Shown here: positions 49,978 through 59,745 of the stretch, piece by piece | Layout of the letters: every line of letters starts with the position of its first letter | Position numbering within the stretch: the first letter of the stretch is position 1 | Origin: Candidatus Bathyarchaeota archaeon | GTDB taxonomy: Archaea; Thermoproteota; Bathyarchaeia; Hecatellales; Hecatellaceae | NCBI GenBank assembly: GCA_052246995.1 | Contig: JBQPWD010000002.1 | Location: 96,001 to 160,000, forward strand | DNA length: 64,000 nucleotides | Direction: 5' to 3' | Position numbers and translations under genes: made by a program | Notes under the pieces: generated by a model | Databases searched by the model: none | The model's input: only the letters and a program-made list of their open reading frames with translations | What the model was told of the DNA's origin: nothing

Positions 49978-50847
49978 TTACACCAGAATACTCGATTTTT
50001 TATTGTTAACATTTGCTACCAGAATTTCTTCACCATACTTTTTCCAAACATCCAGAACATCGTCAAGCTTATGATTTTCCACAACAGCTACAACAGCAGG
50101 ACCCTTACCACTTAAACCTGAAGCTATAGCCCCCGCGTTTAAAGCATCAAAAACAATGTCTGTCTTGTATCCAAGAATTGATGAATAAAGCAAACCGTTT
50201 AAGGTTAAAGCCTCCCAGTATTTTCTGTTTAAAGCCCTTTCAAATGCAATTTTAACGTACGGTGCTATTAATTTAACCTTTTTAGCGTTAACACTTACCG
50301 TGTAGGTTTTTTTCTTCGGTACATAAATTAAAACTTTATACTTAGTTGCAACTTTTTCCCTTCTGATCATTTTATGCTTAACGTTATCTGTTACAACAAC
50401 TCCGCCAAAGTAGGAGGCACATACATCATCAAAAGCACCTGTAATGGTTGTTTTTGCTCTAAAAGCAGCTTTAACACTAAGATTAATGATTGTTTCATCA
50501 TCTAAACTTTTACCTAAGGCTGTAAGTGTTGCGAGAATAATAGCGTTTGCAGCAACACTACTGCTTTTTAAGCCCCTAGCAATAGGTATGTTTGACATCG
50601 TTTCAACTTTTGCACCAAACTTTTCTTTAACACCAAAATAATCAAAAACAACTTTAACAGCTTCCTCAATAAGTTTGGTATCCTCGTTGTTACTGGAAAG
50701 TATTCTTCCTCTAACAACGCCAGCTTCATTGGTTAATTCAACTTTTGCCTCTGTTTTTAAGTCTAAACCAAAAGCAGCACCCTTACCTATCGCTATAGCA
50801 TTAACTATTGTCGCTGCACCATAAGCGATAGCTTTACCGTAACTCAT
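49978..50847 (-). CDS. aroK: Archaeal (GHMP) shikimate kinase
   Basis: TIVNAIA.GKG, P.ARGLKSSS, TGAFDD, SGKGP. Confidence 0.93.
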   Translation of the reverse strand: MSYGKAIAYGAATIVNAIAIGKGAAFGLDLKTEAKVELTNEAGVVRGRILSSNNEDTKLIEEAVKVVFDYFGVKEKFGAKVETMSNIPIARGLKSSSVAANAIILATLTALGKSLDDETIINLSVKAAFRAKTTITGAFDDVCASYFGGVVVTDNVKHKMIRREKVATKYKVLIYVPKKKTYTVSVNAKKVKLIAPYVKIAFERALNRKYWEALTLNGLLYSSILGYKTDIVFDALNAGAIASGLSGKGPAVVAVVENHKLDDVLDVWKKYGEEILVANVNNKKSSILV

Positions 50848-50869
50848 ACACTTTCTCCAAACTAGAAAT

Positions 50870-51748
50870 TTAATCTTTCTTCAAGTTTTTAAGAACAACT
50901 TTAAACATTTCTTCGGTAGGCGGTTTTCTTTCAAACCATATCTCAAAAGCCTTAGCAGCTTGGTACACTAACATATTGATACCTTCCACTACCTTTACAC
51001 CCTTTTTCTTGGCCTCGGTAAGTAGTCTTGTCTTTAAAGGTTCATATATTATGTCAAAAACAACTATACCTGGCTTAATAAAATCTTTATTAACAGGTGT
51101 TTCCCAAATTTTAGGATACATCCCAACAGATGTTGCATTTATCAGGACATCAGCGTCTTCAAGCTCATTTTTAAGATTTAAATCATCTAACTTTAAACCT
51201 TTAGCTTTTATGTTAAAGTTCATCGTTAAGGATTTTTCTATTTCTACCGCTTTTTCTACAGTCCTATTAAGTATTACTATTTCTCCACCTCTACCAAGTT
51301 TCTCCAATTGTTGAGCAAGTGTAAAGGCTATTGATTTTCCAGCACCTCCAGCCCCTATAACCACCACCTTCTTTCCCTTAAGCTCCACATTACTATGTTT
51401 AAGAGCCTCTAAAGCACCAATACCGTCAGTATTATATCCTACAAGTTTCTCGTCAACGTTTTTCACGGTATTTACAGCACCGATTTTCTCAGCTAAACTA
51501 TCCAACTCATCAAGTAGGGGTATTATTAAAGTTTTATAGGGCATTGTGACGTTAAATCCTGAAACATTTAAACTTCTTAAACCATTAACAGCCCTTTCAA
51601 GGTTTTCTCTTGAAACATTAAAGGCAAGGTAAACAGCATTTATACCAAGTTTCTCAAATATGGCATTATGAATTACTGGACTTAACGAGTGTTGAACAGG
51701 GTTACCTATTAGACAATATAATTTTGTTTTACCGTTGATTAGCCTCAA
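50870..51748 (-). CDS. aroE: Shikimate dehydrogenase
   Basis: HSLSP, NVTMPYK, GAVNT, NTDG, GAGGA. Confidence 0.95.
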   Translation of the reverse strand: MRLINGKTKLYCLIGNPVQHSLSPVIHNAIFEKLGINAVYLAFNVSRENLERAVNGLRSLNVSGFNVTMPYKTLIIPLLDELDSLAEKIGAVNTVKNVDEKLVGYNTDGIGALEALKHSNVELKGKKVVVIGAGGAGKSIAFTLAQQLEKLGRGGEIVILNRTVEKAVEIEKSLTMNFNIKAKGLKLDDLNLKNELEDADVLINATSVGMYPKIWETPVNKDFIKPGIVVFDIIYEPLKTRLLTEAKKKGVKVVEGINMLVYQAAKAFEIWFERKPPTEEMFKVVLKNLKKD

Positions 51749-51751
51749 AAA

Positions 51752-52444
51752 TTAAGCACCAATAATACTAAAAATTTTTTTTAATTCATTAATAGTCAAC
51801 TGTCCCTTAGCTGATTCCTTTCCTTTAAGTAGTGAAGCGTAAGTATACTCTCCACCAAAAATTGGGGATAAAATTCTTGATGGAACACCTAATTTTCCCA
51901 TACAAAAAGAAACAATTCTCCACTTTTTTGATGCTTTAGATAAGAAACTTAAACATTCTAGGTTATCCTCTAACCTTTTTGCTGTAAAAATGATTTTTAA
52001 AATATCAGCTTTTATATTCACCATTCGTCTAAACAATTTAAACATTTCGCTAATTGTTGGAGTTAACTTGAAGTTGTGATGTGAAACTATTGTTTTACAT
52101 CCAAGGTTTTTTATCTCTGCTATATACTGTTCTACTTTTTCTACCGAAAATTCCATGTCCACATAATCAAAGTTACATTGAGCTGCTTTTAAAAGAACAT
52201 TTAACCTATCATTTTCAGGTTGAGTTGAATATCCACCTTCCCCTATAGGCCTATTTGTTGCTATTAATGGTAAACTTGTTGTTTCTCTAACTTTTTTTAA
52301 ATCAAAATTTGTTAAATTCTTAACGTAGTCTATTCTCAGCTCTGCAAGGTCAGCTTCATCTTTTTCAGCTTTAACTAGCATTTTTTCTACTTCTTTAATA
52401 CTTCTTCCGATAATAACAACACAGATTTTGGCTTTATCTTTCAA
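51752..52444 (-). CDS. aroD: Type I 3-dehydroquinate dehydratase
   Basis: ELRID, EGG, SHHNF..TP, FCMG..G..SR, GQ; likely TTG start 52444 after GAGGA. Confidence 0.92.
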   Translation of the reverse strand: MKDKAKICVVIIGRSIKEVEKMLVKAEKDEADLAELRIDYVKNLTNFDLKKVRETTSLPLIATNRPIGEGGYSTQPENDRLNVLLKAAQCNFDYVDMEFSVEKVEQYIAEIKNLGCKTIVSHHNFKLTPTISEMFKLFRRMVNIKADILKIIFTAKRLEDNLECLSFLSKASKKWRIVSFCMGKLGVPSRILSPIFGGEYTYASLLKGKESAKGQLTINELKKIFSIIGA

Positions 52445-53510
52445 TAACTGATTCCTCTTTGACAAGGGTACCAAAATGTCTTCCACCAGGATTCCAGTAA
52501 ACTAAAACTTCATCATCGGGTTTAAGGTCTCTTATAGACTTTGAACCGTCTCTTGTAACTAAAAATATTGTTTCAGCGTTTTGTACAATTGTTTTAACAA
52601 TGTTACCTTCAACCTCAGCTTCTACAAGCATTAACGGTCTTTTCTCAATTTTTACACGTGCAATAGTTGTAACTCTAAAATTTCCATTTCTATCAACAAT
52701 TAAAACTTCATCACCAGCTTTTAACTCAGAGAGATATCGAGTTTTGTTTCCTGGTGTAAGTAAGTAAAGGGATACAGGTCCAGCGTTAACCCTAAACGGT
52801 CTAGGTTCAACATAAGGATTTTCAAAAACTTCAGCTTGAATAAGAAAAAGTCCTGCAGATTGGCAACCAACAAGCATTCCCTCTCCTCTGTTCATAAGCT
52901 CACAAGTATCTATACAAACACGGTCTCCTAAACCAAGTTCTCTACATCCAATAATTTTAGCCTGTTTAAGCTCTAATCTTCTTAATTTTTCCTCCTCAAT
53001 AATTTTTGCAACACCCACCAGAATTTTAGGCTCGTTTGTCTTTAAAATCAAGCCATCAACACCGATTTCTAAAGTTTTCATCATTAACTTTGCTTCTTCG
53101 ACGCTGGAAACTTCAACTAAAAGCTTACTCCTTCTATGGACCTTTGCTATAAGGTTCTCCAATGGAATAACTTTCCAGTTTAAACATCGGATGATGATGT
53201 AATCAACATTCTTCTCAGCAGCCTCAACCACCTTCTTTTCGTCACTTCCGCTTGTTATATTTACTAATAGGCAAACCTTTTTTCCGCTATTCTTTAAACT
53301 CGTCATCAATTCTTCATCAATTTTATCCAAAAAAACTATTTCATTGTTTATATCTTTAGATGTAACAGTAAGTCCCAAGGATTTTATGCAAGAAGCCAGG
53401 TTCTTATTTGACGTAATAACTCTACAAGCTACCTTTTTTGATGCCTCTAAAAGCGTATTTTTAAATTCTTCCTGTATAGAGTCTTCAATGCTAACCCACA
53501 GTTCCTTCAA
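52434..53510 (-). CDS. aroB': 3-dehydroquinate synthase II (AroB')
   Basis: WKVIPLENLIA, GDRVCIDT, RPFRVNAG, YLSEL, QNAET, GRHFG. Confidence 0.95.
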   Translation of the reverse strand: MKELWVSIEDSIQEEFKNTLLEASKKVACRVITSNKNLASCIKSLGLTVTSKDINNEIVFLDKIDEELMTSLKNSGKKVCLLVNITSGSDEKKVVEAAEKNVDYIIIRCLNWKVIPLENLIAKVHRRSKLLVEVSSVEEAKLMMKTLEIGVDGLILKTNEPKILVGVAKIIEEEKLRRLELKQAKIIGCRELGLGDRVCIDTCELMNRGEGMLVGCQSAGLFLIQAEVFENPYVEPRPFRVNAGPVSLYLLTPGNKTRYLSELKAGDEVLIVDRNGNFRVTTIARVKIEKRPLMLVEAEVEGNIVKTIVQNAETIFLVTRDGSKSIRDLKPDDEVLVYWNPGGRHFGTLVKEESVIER

Positions 53511-53511
53511 T

Positions 53512-54300
53512 TTAGCCCTCCTTAAGAATTTTTAATGCTCTTTCAACGTCAGAATTTTCATGTACAATAGCATTTAACGCCTTAACCATTTTTGCTGGGT
53601 CTTCATGTTGAAAAACATTTCTACCAATAGATACTCCTACTGCTCCAGCTTCAATAGAATCATAAACCATACTTAAAAATTCAACTTCATTCTTGGTTTT
53701 TGGTCCTCCAGCAATAACTATTGGAACAGGACAGCTTTCAACAACCTCTCTAAAGCTTTTAATACTTCCAGTATAGTTTGTTTTCACAATATCCGCGCCT
53801 AGTTCAGCTCCAACTCTTGCAGCATGCTTAACAAGCTCAACATCATGCTCATTTTGAATCTTTGGTCCTCGAGGGTACATCATTGCAAGTAAGGGTATAC
53901 CAAATTCTGCAGCTTTATCAGCAATTTTACCAAGATATTCTAACATTCTTGGTTCTTGAGTTGCTCCAACGTTAACATGTACAGACACTCCATCAGCACC
54001 AAGTCTTAAAGCCTGTTTTATACTGCAAACCTTAACCTTCCAGTGTAAATCAGGGCCTAAACTTGTACTTCCTGAAAGATGAACTATAATACCCATCTTT
54101 CCAAAGTTTACCCTACTAGCAATACCTTTATGAACAACAACAGCATCAGCTTCCCCAAGAATAAGCCTATCAGCTATCCATTGCATGTTTACAATTCCTT
54201 TAACAGGTCCAATAGATACTCCGTGATCCATTGGAACAATAACTGTTTTTCCATTACTTCTAAAAATTCTACTTAACCTTCTTTTTTTACCGATCTCCAA
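53512..54300 (-). CDS. aroA': 2-amino-3,7-dideoxy-D-threo-hept-6-ulosonate synthase (AroA')
   Basis: PMDHG, MMYPRG, ELGADIVKT, AGGPK, GRNVFQ; adjacent to aroB'. Confidence 0.92.
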   Translation of the reverse strand: MEIGKKRRLSRIFRSNGKTVIVPMDHGVSIGPVKGIVNMQWIADRLILGEADAVVVHKGIASRVNFGKMGIIVHLSGSTSLGPDLHWKVKVCSIKQALRLGADGVSVHVNVGATQEPRMLEYLGKIADKAAEFGIPLLAMMYPRGPKIQNEHDVELVKHAARVGAELGADIVKTNYTGSIKSFREVVESCPVPIVIAGGPKTKNEVEFLSMVYDSIEAGAVGVSIGRNVFQHEDPAKMVKALNAIVHENSDVERALKILKEG

Positions 54301-54314
54301 AGGTTTACACCTTT

Positions 54315-55364
54315 TTAAACATATCCTTCTGATTTAAGGAGTTCAGCATTAAGTATGGAGCATCCTGCTGCGCCCCTAATAAGGTTATGTCCTAAAACAA
54401 CATACTTTACACAATCAAAAACTTTGTCATATCTTACCCTTCCAACAACAACAGCCATACCACCACCAGCCATTCTATCAATTCTTGGTTGAGGACGGTT
54501 ATCTTCAGGTCTAACAATTATTGGAGGATGAGGAGCTGTTGGAAGTTTAAGTTTTTGTGGTGCTCCTTCAAAGTTTTTCATCGCTTCAATTATTTCATCG
54601 GGTTTTACCTTCTTTTCTGTTTCAACAAATACAGCTTCAACATGTCCATCAATTGTTGGAACTCTATGACAGCTTGCAGAAACCTTAAAATTTGCATGTT
54701 GATGAGGTAAACCCATTATTTTTAAGGTTTCTCTTTCCACCTTTTCTTCTTCATCTTTAATGAAGGGTATAATGTTGTCAATAATGTCTAATGATGCAAC
54801 CCCAGGATAGCCAGCACCGGAAACAGCTTGCATTGTTGAAACTACGACACGTTTTAAACCAAAGTTGTCATATATTGGCTTTAATGATAAAGTTAGTATT
54901 GCTGTTGTACAATTTGGATTTGTAACTATAGCACCATCCCAGTTTCTTTTTTTACGTTGTTTATCAATCATGCTGACATGGTCAGCATTTACCTCAGGAT
55001 TTAATAGTGGAACATCATCATCCATTCTGTGAGAACTCGCGTTACTTAAAACTATAAACCCGTTTTTTGCAAATTCCTCCTCAATTTGGTAAGCAGCATC
55101 AGAAGGAAGGGCTGAAAAAATAACGTCCACATCCTCATTCTTAAACAGGTTAGGGTCCAAGGGTTTAACCTCTAATTCCCTAGTTTTGCTGGAAAAATCT
55201 TCACTACTTCCCTTAACAGTTTCACCGTATGTCCTGCCTGCAGATTTTTCGGAAGCTGCTACGCTTTTTAACTCAAACCATGGATTTTTTTCTAAAAGCT
55301 TAACAAATTTTTGCCCAACTAGTCCAGTTGCACCTAAAACACCAGCTTTAATTCTTCCAGTCAA
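54315..55364 (-). CDS. asd: Aspartate-semialdehyde dehydrogenase
   Basis: GATGLVG, NPNC, QAVSGAG, HNLIRGAAG. Confidence 0.96.
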   Translation of the reverse strand: MTGRIKAGVLGATGLVGQKFVKLLEKNPWFELKSVAASEKSAGRTYGETVKGSSEDFSSKTRELEVKPLDPNLFKNEDVDVIFSALPSDAAYQIEEEFAKNGFIVLSNASSHRMDDDVPLLNPEVNADHVSMIDKQRKKRNWDGAIVTNPNCTTAILTLSLKPIYDNFGLKRVVVSTMQAVSGAGYPGVASLDIIDNIIPFIKDEEEKVERETLKIMGLPHQHANFKVSASCHRVPTIDGHVEAVFVETEKKVKPDEIIEAMKNFEGAPQKLKLPTAPHPPIIVRPEDNRPQPRIDRMAGGGMAVVVGRVRYDKVFDCVKYVVLGHNLIRGAAGCSILNAELLKSEGYV

Positions 55365-55367
55365 AAC

Positions 55368-56603
55368 TCAACCACCCTTCAACAACCCGGATTTAGATAA
55401 ACTTTCCTTTATAAGCAAGAAAGCTTTTTCTTTATCATTCCAATGTATAAATAGTCTTACAGATGAGCTTACCGTTATAAGTCCGTAAAGGTTTATACTA
55501 TTTAAGCTGAGTGGTGCAACAACAGTATCAATAATTCCCGGAGTTTCTTCAAGGTCATGTCCTGAAATAGTTATCTGGGATAATGGTTCAAAACTATGAA
55601 TAGCTTTAGCAATTTTTTCATTCCTTATTAAACTATGGAGCTTGTTAATAAATTCTGGCATACATTCTTCAATGTAAAGAATAAGGGATGGATAGGAAAA
55701 TGTCAAACCTAAGAGCTTCTCTAAGGGTAATTCCTCAGATAGAATTTTGGGTAACGTAGTTGCCGGAGAAATTTCTTTACCTACTATAGTTATCATAGAA
55801 ACAGGTTTGTTGTTTAATACAACCTTTAAACCTAAGTTTATTTCGCCTTTAATAATTGTTCCACCTGAGAAATCTTCGTTTAAACCTACTACTCTAACCG
55901 TAATCTCGTTTTTTGCATATTTTAACGCTTTTGGATGAAGAACCTTTGCTCCAGCGGAACTCAAAGTGTACATTTCCTCAGCATCTAAAACATTTATTTT
56001 TTCAGGGTTAGAAACTTTTTTTGGATCTGCCGAGAGAATTCCACCAACATCTTTAACAAAAATAACTTCATCAGAATTTAAACATCTTCCAAGAACCATA
56101 GCGGTGATGTCGCTTCCACCTCTACCTAAGGTTGTAACTTTACCTTCAGGAGATAAACCTATAAAGCCAGGTATAACTACAACATATCCTTTATCAATTA
56201 AAGGTTTGATTTTTTCCAAGATAGCATTCTCAGTCTTATCAAGTAGGACTTCCGCATTTCCATAATTTGAGTCGGTATAAATTGGCCAGAGGTTATCTAG
56301 AGGATCCAAACCTACAACTTTTAAACCTAAAGCCTTTAATGCAACACTCATTAAACGCGTTGCGGTCCGTTCACCCATTGATAAAACCTCATCAAGCTCA
56401 GATTTTCCAAGGTTGTTTAATGAGATTTCATGAGCTGTTTTAAGAAGTTGGTCGGTTACACCAGCTAAAGCTGAAACCACAACAACAATTTTGGTGCCTT
56501 TTTTAACTTCTTTAGCAATTTTTTCAGCAGCCAGCGTAAAATCTTTTGAAGATGCTAGTGTAGAACCACCAAATTTTACAACAATTGTTTTAGCATTTTT
56601 CAT
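55368..56603 (-). CDS. Aspartate kinase heading the shikimate operon
   Basis: KFGGS, VVSA, SMGE, TLGRGGSD, ADP, GAKVLH, C-terminal ACT-like region. Confidence 0.92.
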   Translation of the reverse strand: MKNAKTIVVKFGGSTLASSKDFTLAAEKIAKEVKKGTKIVVVVSALAGVTDQLLKTAHEISLNNLGKSELDEVLSMGERTATRLMSVALKALGLKVVGLDPLDNLWPIYTDSNYGNAEVLLDKTENAILEKIKPLIDKGYVVVIPGFIGLSPEGKVTTLGRGGSDITAMVLGRCLNSDEVIFVKDVGGILSADPKKVSNPEKINVLDAEEMYTLSSAGAKVLHPKALKYAKNEITVRVVGLNEDFSGGTIIKGEINLGLKVVLNNKPVSMITIVGKEISPATTLPKILSEELPLEKLLGLTFSYPSLILYIEECMPEFINKLHSLIRNEKIAKAIHSFEPLSQITISGHDLEETPGIIDTVVAPLSLNSINLYGLITVSSSVRLFIHWNDKEKAFLLIKESLSKSGLLKGG

Positions 56604-56776
56604 CCACTAATAACCTCCTGAGGATTTAAAAAAAGCTTAAGCAACAATATTAGAATAGAAATTAAAGAATGGTTTTTTCTAATAGCGAAAAACTTTGTTA
56701 AAGCATGAATAGTTAAAGTAAACTCGATACCTCCTATCCACCACGCAGACCTTCCTAAGATACTTTTAAGTATCAA
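56600..56776 (-). CDS. Candidate 58-aa Trp-Trp leader peptide
   Basis: TTG 56776, MILKSILGRSAWWIGGIEF...QEVISG*, TGA overlaps the aspartokinase ATG (ATGA). Confidence 0.45.
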   Translation of the reverse strand: MILKSILGRSAWWIGGIEFTLTIHALTKFFAIRKNHSLISILILLLKLFLNPQEVISG

Positions 56777-56923
56777 GTTCTTAAGCTTAAATATTTAAGT
56801 TTTATGGTTGAAGGTAAAATTCATTTTCAGCTGAAAATTGAGAAGAGTTTTTATGTTATGAGTGGTTATAAAGTTAAGACATGAAGACTTCGTGGTTATA
56901 GTTAGTTAAGAGGTATAACGTTT

Positions 56924-57271
56924 ATGAGTGGAGATGAAATAAGCATAAACCTTAAGGTGGTATCCATACACCCATTTTTCGATGCATACGGGAATGAGTA
57001 TGTTTGTGTTGAGTTTGGTATTGAAGCTCAAAAACCTCCAGCAGTAATGTCTATGCCTCCCAATATTCCACAAGAATTATCAATAGTCATGCCTATTATA
57101 GCCCAGCTACCTAGAATGCTTTCACAAGGTAAAGTTTACACAAATAGGCTTGTACTTTTTCTTACAGTTCATGAATGGGAAAAAATGGAATATAAGTATC
57201 ATTATGGAGAAGAGGTTGAAATTAGGGTTAACAAGAAAACAGGAGAAATAAAACTAATACCGTTAGGTTAA
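56924..57271 (+). CDS. Arcadin-1-like protein
   Basis: KVVS....D..G..YV..E...E...P...MP...Q..R...RLVLFLT..E...G..VEI pattern recalls Pyrobaculum arcadin-1; similar length; SD GAGGT. Confidence 0.65.
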   Translation: MSGDEISINLKVVSIHPFFDAYGNEYVCVEFGIEAQKPPAVMSMPPNIPQELSIVMPIIAQLPRMLSQGKVYTNRLVLFLTVHEWEKMEYKYHYGEEVEIRVNKKTGEIKLIPLG

Positions 57272-57294
57272 GATCAAAAACTGAACTAAGAAAG

Positions 57295-58239
57295 TTACCT
57301 TCTAGCTTTAACAAACCTAGAAATTTCTGTTCTTATTTGACTGTCACTAATGCCGATAAACACAGTTGCTGTTTTTAGGTCTCCATTTTCAATAAGCGTG
57401 TTAACATGTTGTTTAACAATTTTTTTTGGCCTATAACCTATGCCTAAACCAGACTTCTTAAGTAAAAGGATATCATTAGCCCCATCTCCAATAGCTATAC
57501 ATTTACTTAAATCCGCTTTCTCCTTTTTTGCAATATCCATGAGTGCTTTAAGCTTGTCTTCGGGGCTTAAAATACTACCTTTAAACCTTCCAGTCAAGAC
57601 ACCGTCTTTGATTTCCAGTTTGTTTGCATAAACATACTTTACTCCAAGTTTCTCAGCAATATGATTAGCAAAAATATCAAATCCACCAGTAATTATTGCT
57701 ATTACAAACCCCGCTTTCTTAAGTTCTCCAATAAGGTCCTGAGCACCAGGAGATAGTTCTAGTTTATTCTTCAATTTTTCAAGTTTCCTTAAAGGAAGAC
57801 CTTTAAGGAGAGAAACTCTTTTAGATAAAGCTTCCTTAAAATCCATTTTCCCCTCCATAGCCTTTTTTGTAACATCCTTAACCTTATCCTCAACACCTGC
57901 AAGTTTAGCCATTTCATCAATAATTTCCATGTTTACTAAGGTACCATCCATGTCAAAGGCGATAATCCTCTTCCTCTTCAGATATGTTTTTTCATCCTCG
58001 ACTGATATTCCAGAGCCTAACCTTATTCCTTCATTTTTTAATTCCGATACAAGCTTAGTTAGACTTGTAGTTATGTTTGAAGTATCAACAACCATAACCA
58101 TAACAAACATTTCTCCAAGAATTGACGCCCTACTCTTTAGAATATTTGCATTATACCTGTAAAGAACCTTAGATATTCCCGCAACAATTCCAGGCCTATC
58201 TTTGCCGACCGTTGTAACTATTATTGTACGCCTTCTCAT
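57295..58239 (-). CDS. serB: ACT-domain + phosphoserine phosphatase (HAD)
   Basis: GKDRPGIVA ACT; FDMDGTL, EIIDE, TGGF, GDGAND. Confidence 0.9.
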   Translation of the reverse strand: MRRRTIIVTTVGKDRPGIVAGISKVLYRYNANILKSRASILGEMFVMVMVVDTSNITTSLTKLVSELKNEGIRLGSGISVEDEKTYLKRKRIIAFDMDGTLVNMEIIDEMAKLAGVEDKVKDVTKKAMEGKMDFKEALSKRVSLLKGLPLRKLEKLKNKLELSPGAQDLIGELKKAGFVIAIITGGFDIFANHIAEKLGVKYVYANKLEIKDGVLTGRFKGSILSPEDKLKALMDIAKKEKADLSKCIAIGDGANDILLLKKSGLGIGYRPKKIVKQHVNTLIENGDLKTATVFIGISDSQIRTEISRFVKARR

Positions 58240-58248
58240 AAGCCAAAC

Positions 58249-58530
58249 CTAAGCTGAAACAAGCAGTTTTACAGGATAAACGTGGATTTTTAAGCCTATT
58301 TTTTTTCCTTCCACACTAAGTTTACTAGTTAGTTCATTTAGTTTTTTGTTTAAGTTTGGGTTTAAGAGCTTAACAATCATTGACATCACGAATATGCCTT
58401 GAAGCACTACTTGGTCAAGTTCCTCAATATTTCCCATTAACTCTGAAACTATTGAGGTTACTCTTGCAACAAGCCCAGGCTTGTCTTTACCAATAGCAAC
58501 TATAACAACTTTGCTTTCCATTTCCACCAT
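58249..58530 (-). CDS. Stand-alone ACT-domain protein (UPF0237-like)
   Basis: GKDKPGLVA...NI..LDQ.V..G.F.M. Confidence 0.85.
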   Translation of the reverse strand: MVEMESKVVIVAIGKDKPGLVARVTSIVSELMGNIEELDQVVLQGIFVMSMIVKLLNPNLNKKLNELTSKLSVEGKKIGLKIHVYPVKLLVSA

Positions 58531-58536
58531 TTCTTA

Positions 58537-59628
58537 TTACCCACAACAAATATTCTTTAAATTTTCAATTAAAAAACTGTTTTCTTTTCGGGTTCTAACC
58601 GTAATTCTTAAACAATTTTTAAGCATAGGCATATCACTTACATTCCTCACGATTACTCCTCTTCTAAGAAGACTTTCATAAATATTGTAAACATTAAACT
58701 CGTTAAATCTAACAAGAATAAAGTTTGTGCAAGATGGGTAAACCTGAATACCTTTTACATTTTTAAGTTCTTTTATTAACCACTCTCTCTCACTTAAAAT
58801 GTACTCAATATTCCTTTTAACCACATCAAGGTGTTTTAATACTATGTTTGCAAGTATAAGTGACGGAACACTTAAACTGTTGGGAGGACGCATAATGTTT
58901 AAGATTTGAATAGTCTTAGCATTGGCAACAATGTACCCAACTCTTGCACCAGCTAGGAAAAGTGCTTTAGAAAATGTTCTAAGTATTATTAAATTTTCGT
59001 ACTTGTCAGTGAAATCCACTAAACTTTCACCAGCAAACTCAGCGTAAGATTCATCGACAACAATAGGTATCTCAGGAAAACTCTCCACTAAACTAATAAT
59101 ATCATTTTTAGGTGTTAAATTCCCAGTTGGGTTGTTGGGGTTACATAGAAATATTATTCTGGTGTCTTCATTCACCGTATTCATGAGTTTTTCAACGTCA
59201 TCTGAAAAATCAGTTTTTCTCAAAACCTCAACAATTTTTCCACCCATTGTCTCAACAACAATTCTGTACATAGCGTACGTTGGGCTTGAAATAATAGCAC
59301 TTGTCCCATATTCAACAAAAACTTTGCTTACAATATCTAAAGCTTCATCACAACCAGCGGTTATACAAATTTCGTCAACATCCTTCTTAAGATAATTTGA
59401 TAACTCCTCTCTTAACTCTATGTATGAAGGATCAGGATACTCGTTAATTTTGATATTCTGAATTGTTGATTTAAACTCTTCTACAACTTCTTTTGGAATA
59501 AAAGGCATAGTATTTGTATCAAATCGGATAATCTTGTCAGTAGTTAGACTAAACTTTTTTATAACTTCAACAGGAGATATCTCCCAACTGTATGGTTTAA
59601 ATCCTTTAATAATGCTTCTAATCCTCAT
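58537..59628 (-). CDS. hisC: Histidinol-phosphate aminotransferase family
   Basis: YPDP, CNPNNPTG, DESY.EF, RTFSK..LAGARVGY. Confidence 0.88.
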   Translation of the reverse strand: MRIRSIIKGFKPYSWEISPVEVIKKFSLTTDKIIRFDTNTMPFIPKEVVEEFKSTIQNIKINEYPDPSYIELREELSNYLKKDVDEICITAGCDEALDIVSKVFVEYGTSAIISSPTYAMYRIVVETMGGKIVEVLRKTDFSDDVEKLMNTVNEDTRIIFLCNPNNPTGNLTPKNDIISLVESFPEIPIVVDESYAEFAGESLVDFTDKYENLIILRTFSKALFLAGARVGYIVANAKTIQILNIMRPPNSLSVPSLILANIVLKHLDVVKRNIEYILSEREWLIKELKNVKGIQVYPSCTNFILVRFNEFNVYNIYESLLRRGVIVRNVSDMPMLKNCLRITVRTRKENSFLIENLKNICCG

Positions 59629-59745
59629 AACACATTTTACCCTGAAATATCCTGAAAAAAGGTATTAGGTAAACCTTAAAAAGGTTTTATTAATACGCGT
59701 AAGCAGGCTTACCAAAAAGGTACCTGACTTTTTACTTAATAAAAA

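Noticed and set aside
59671-59687. AAACCTT-AAA-AAGGTTT palindrome before hisC
   Set aside because: Explained by the BRE/TATA sequence itself
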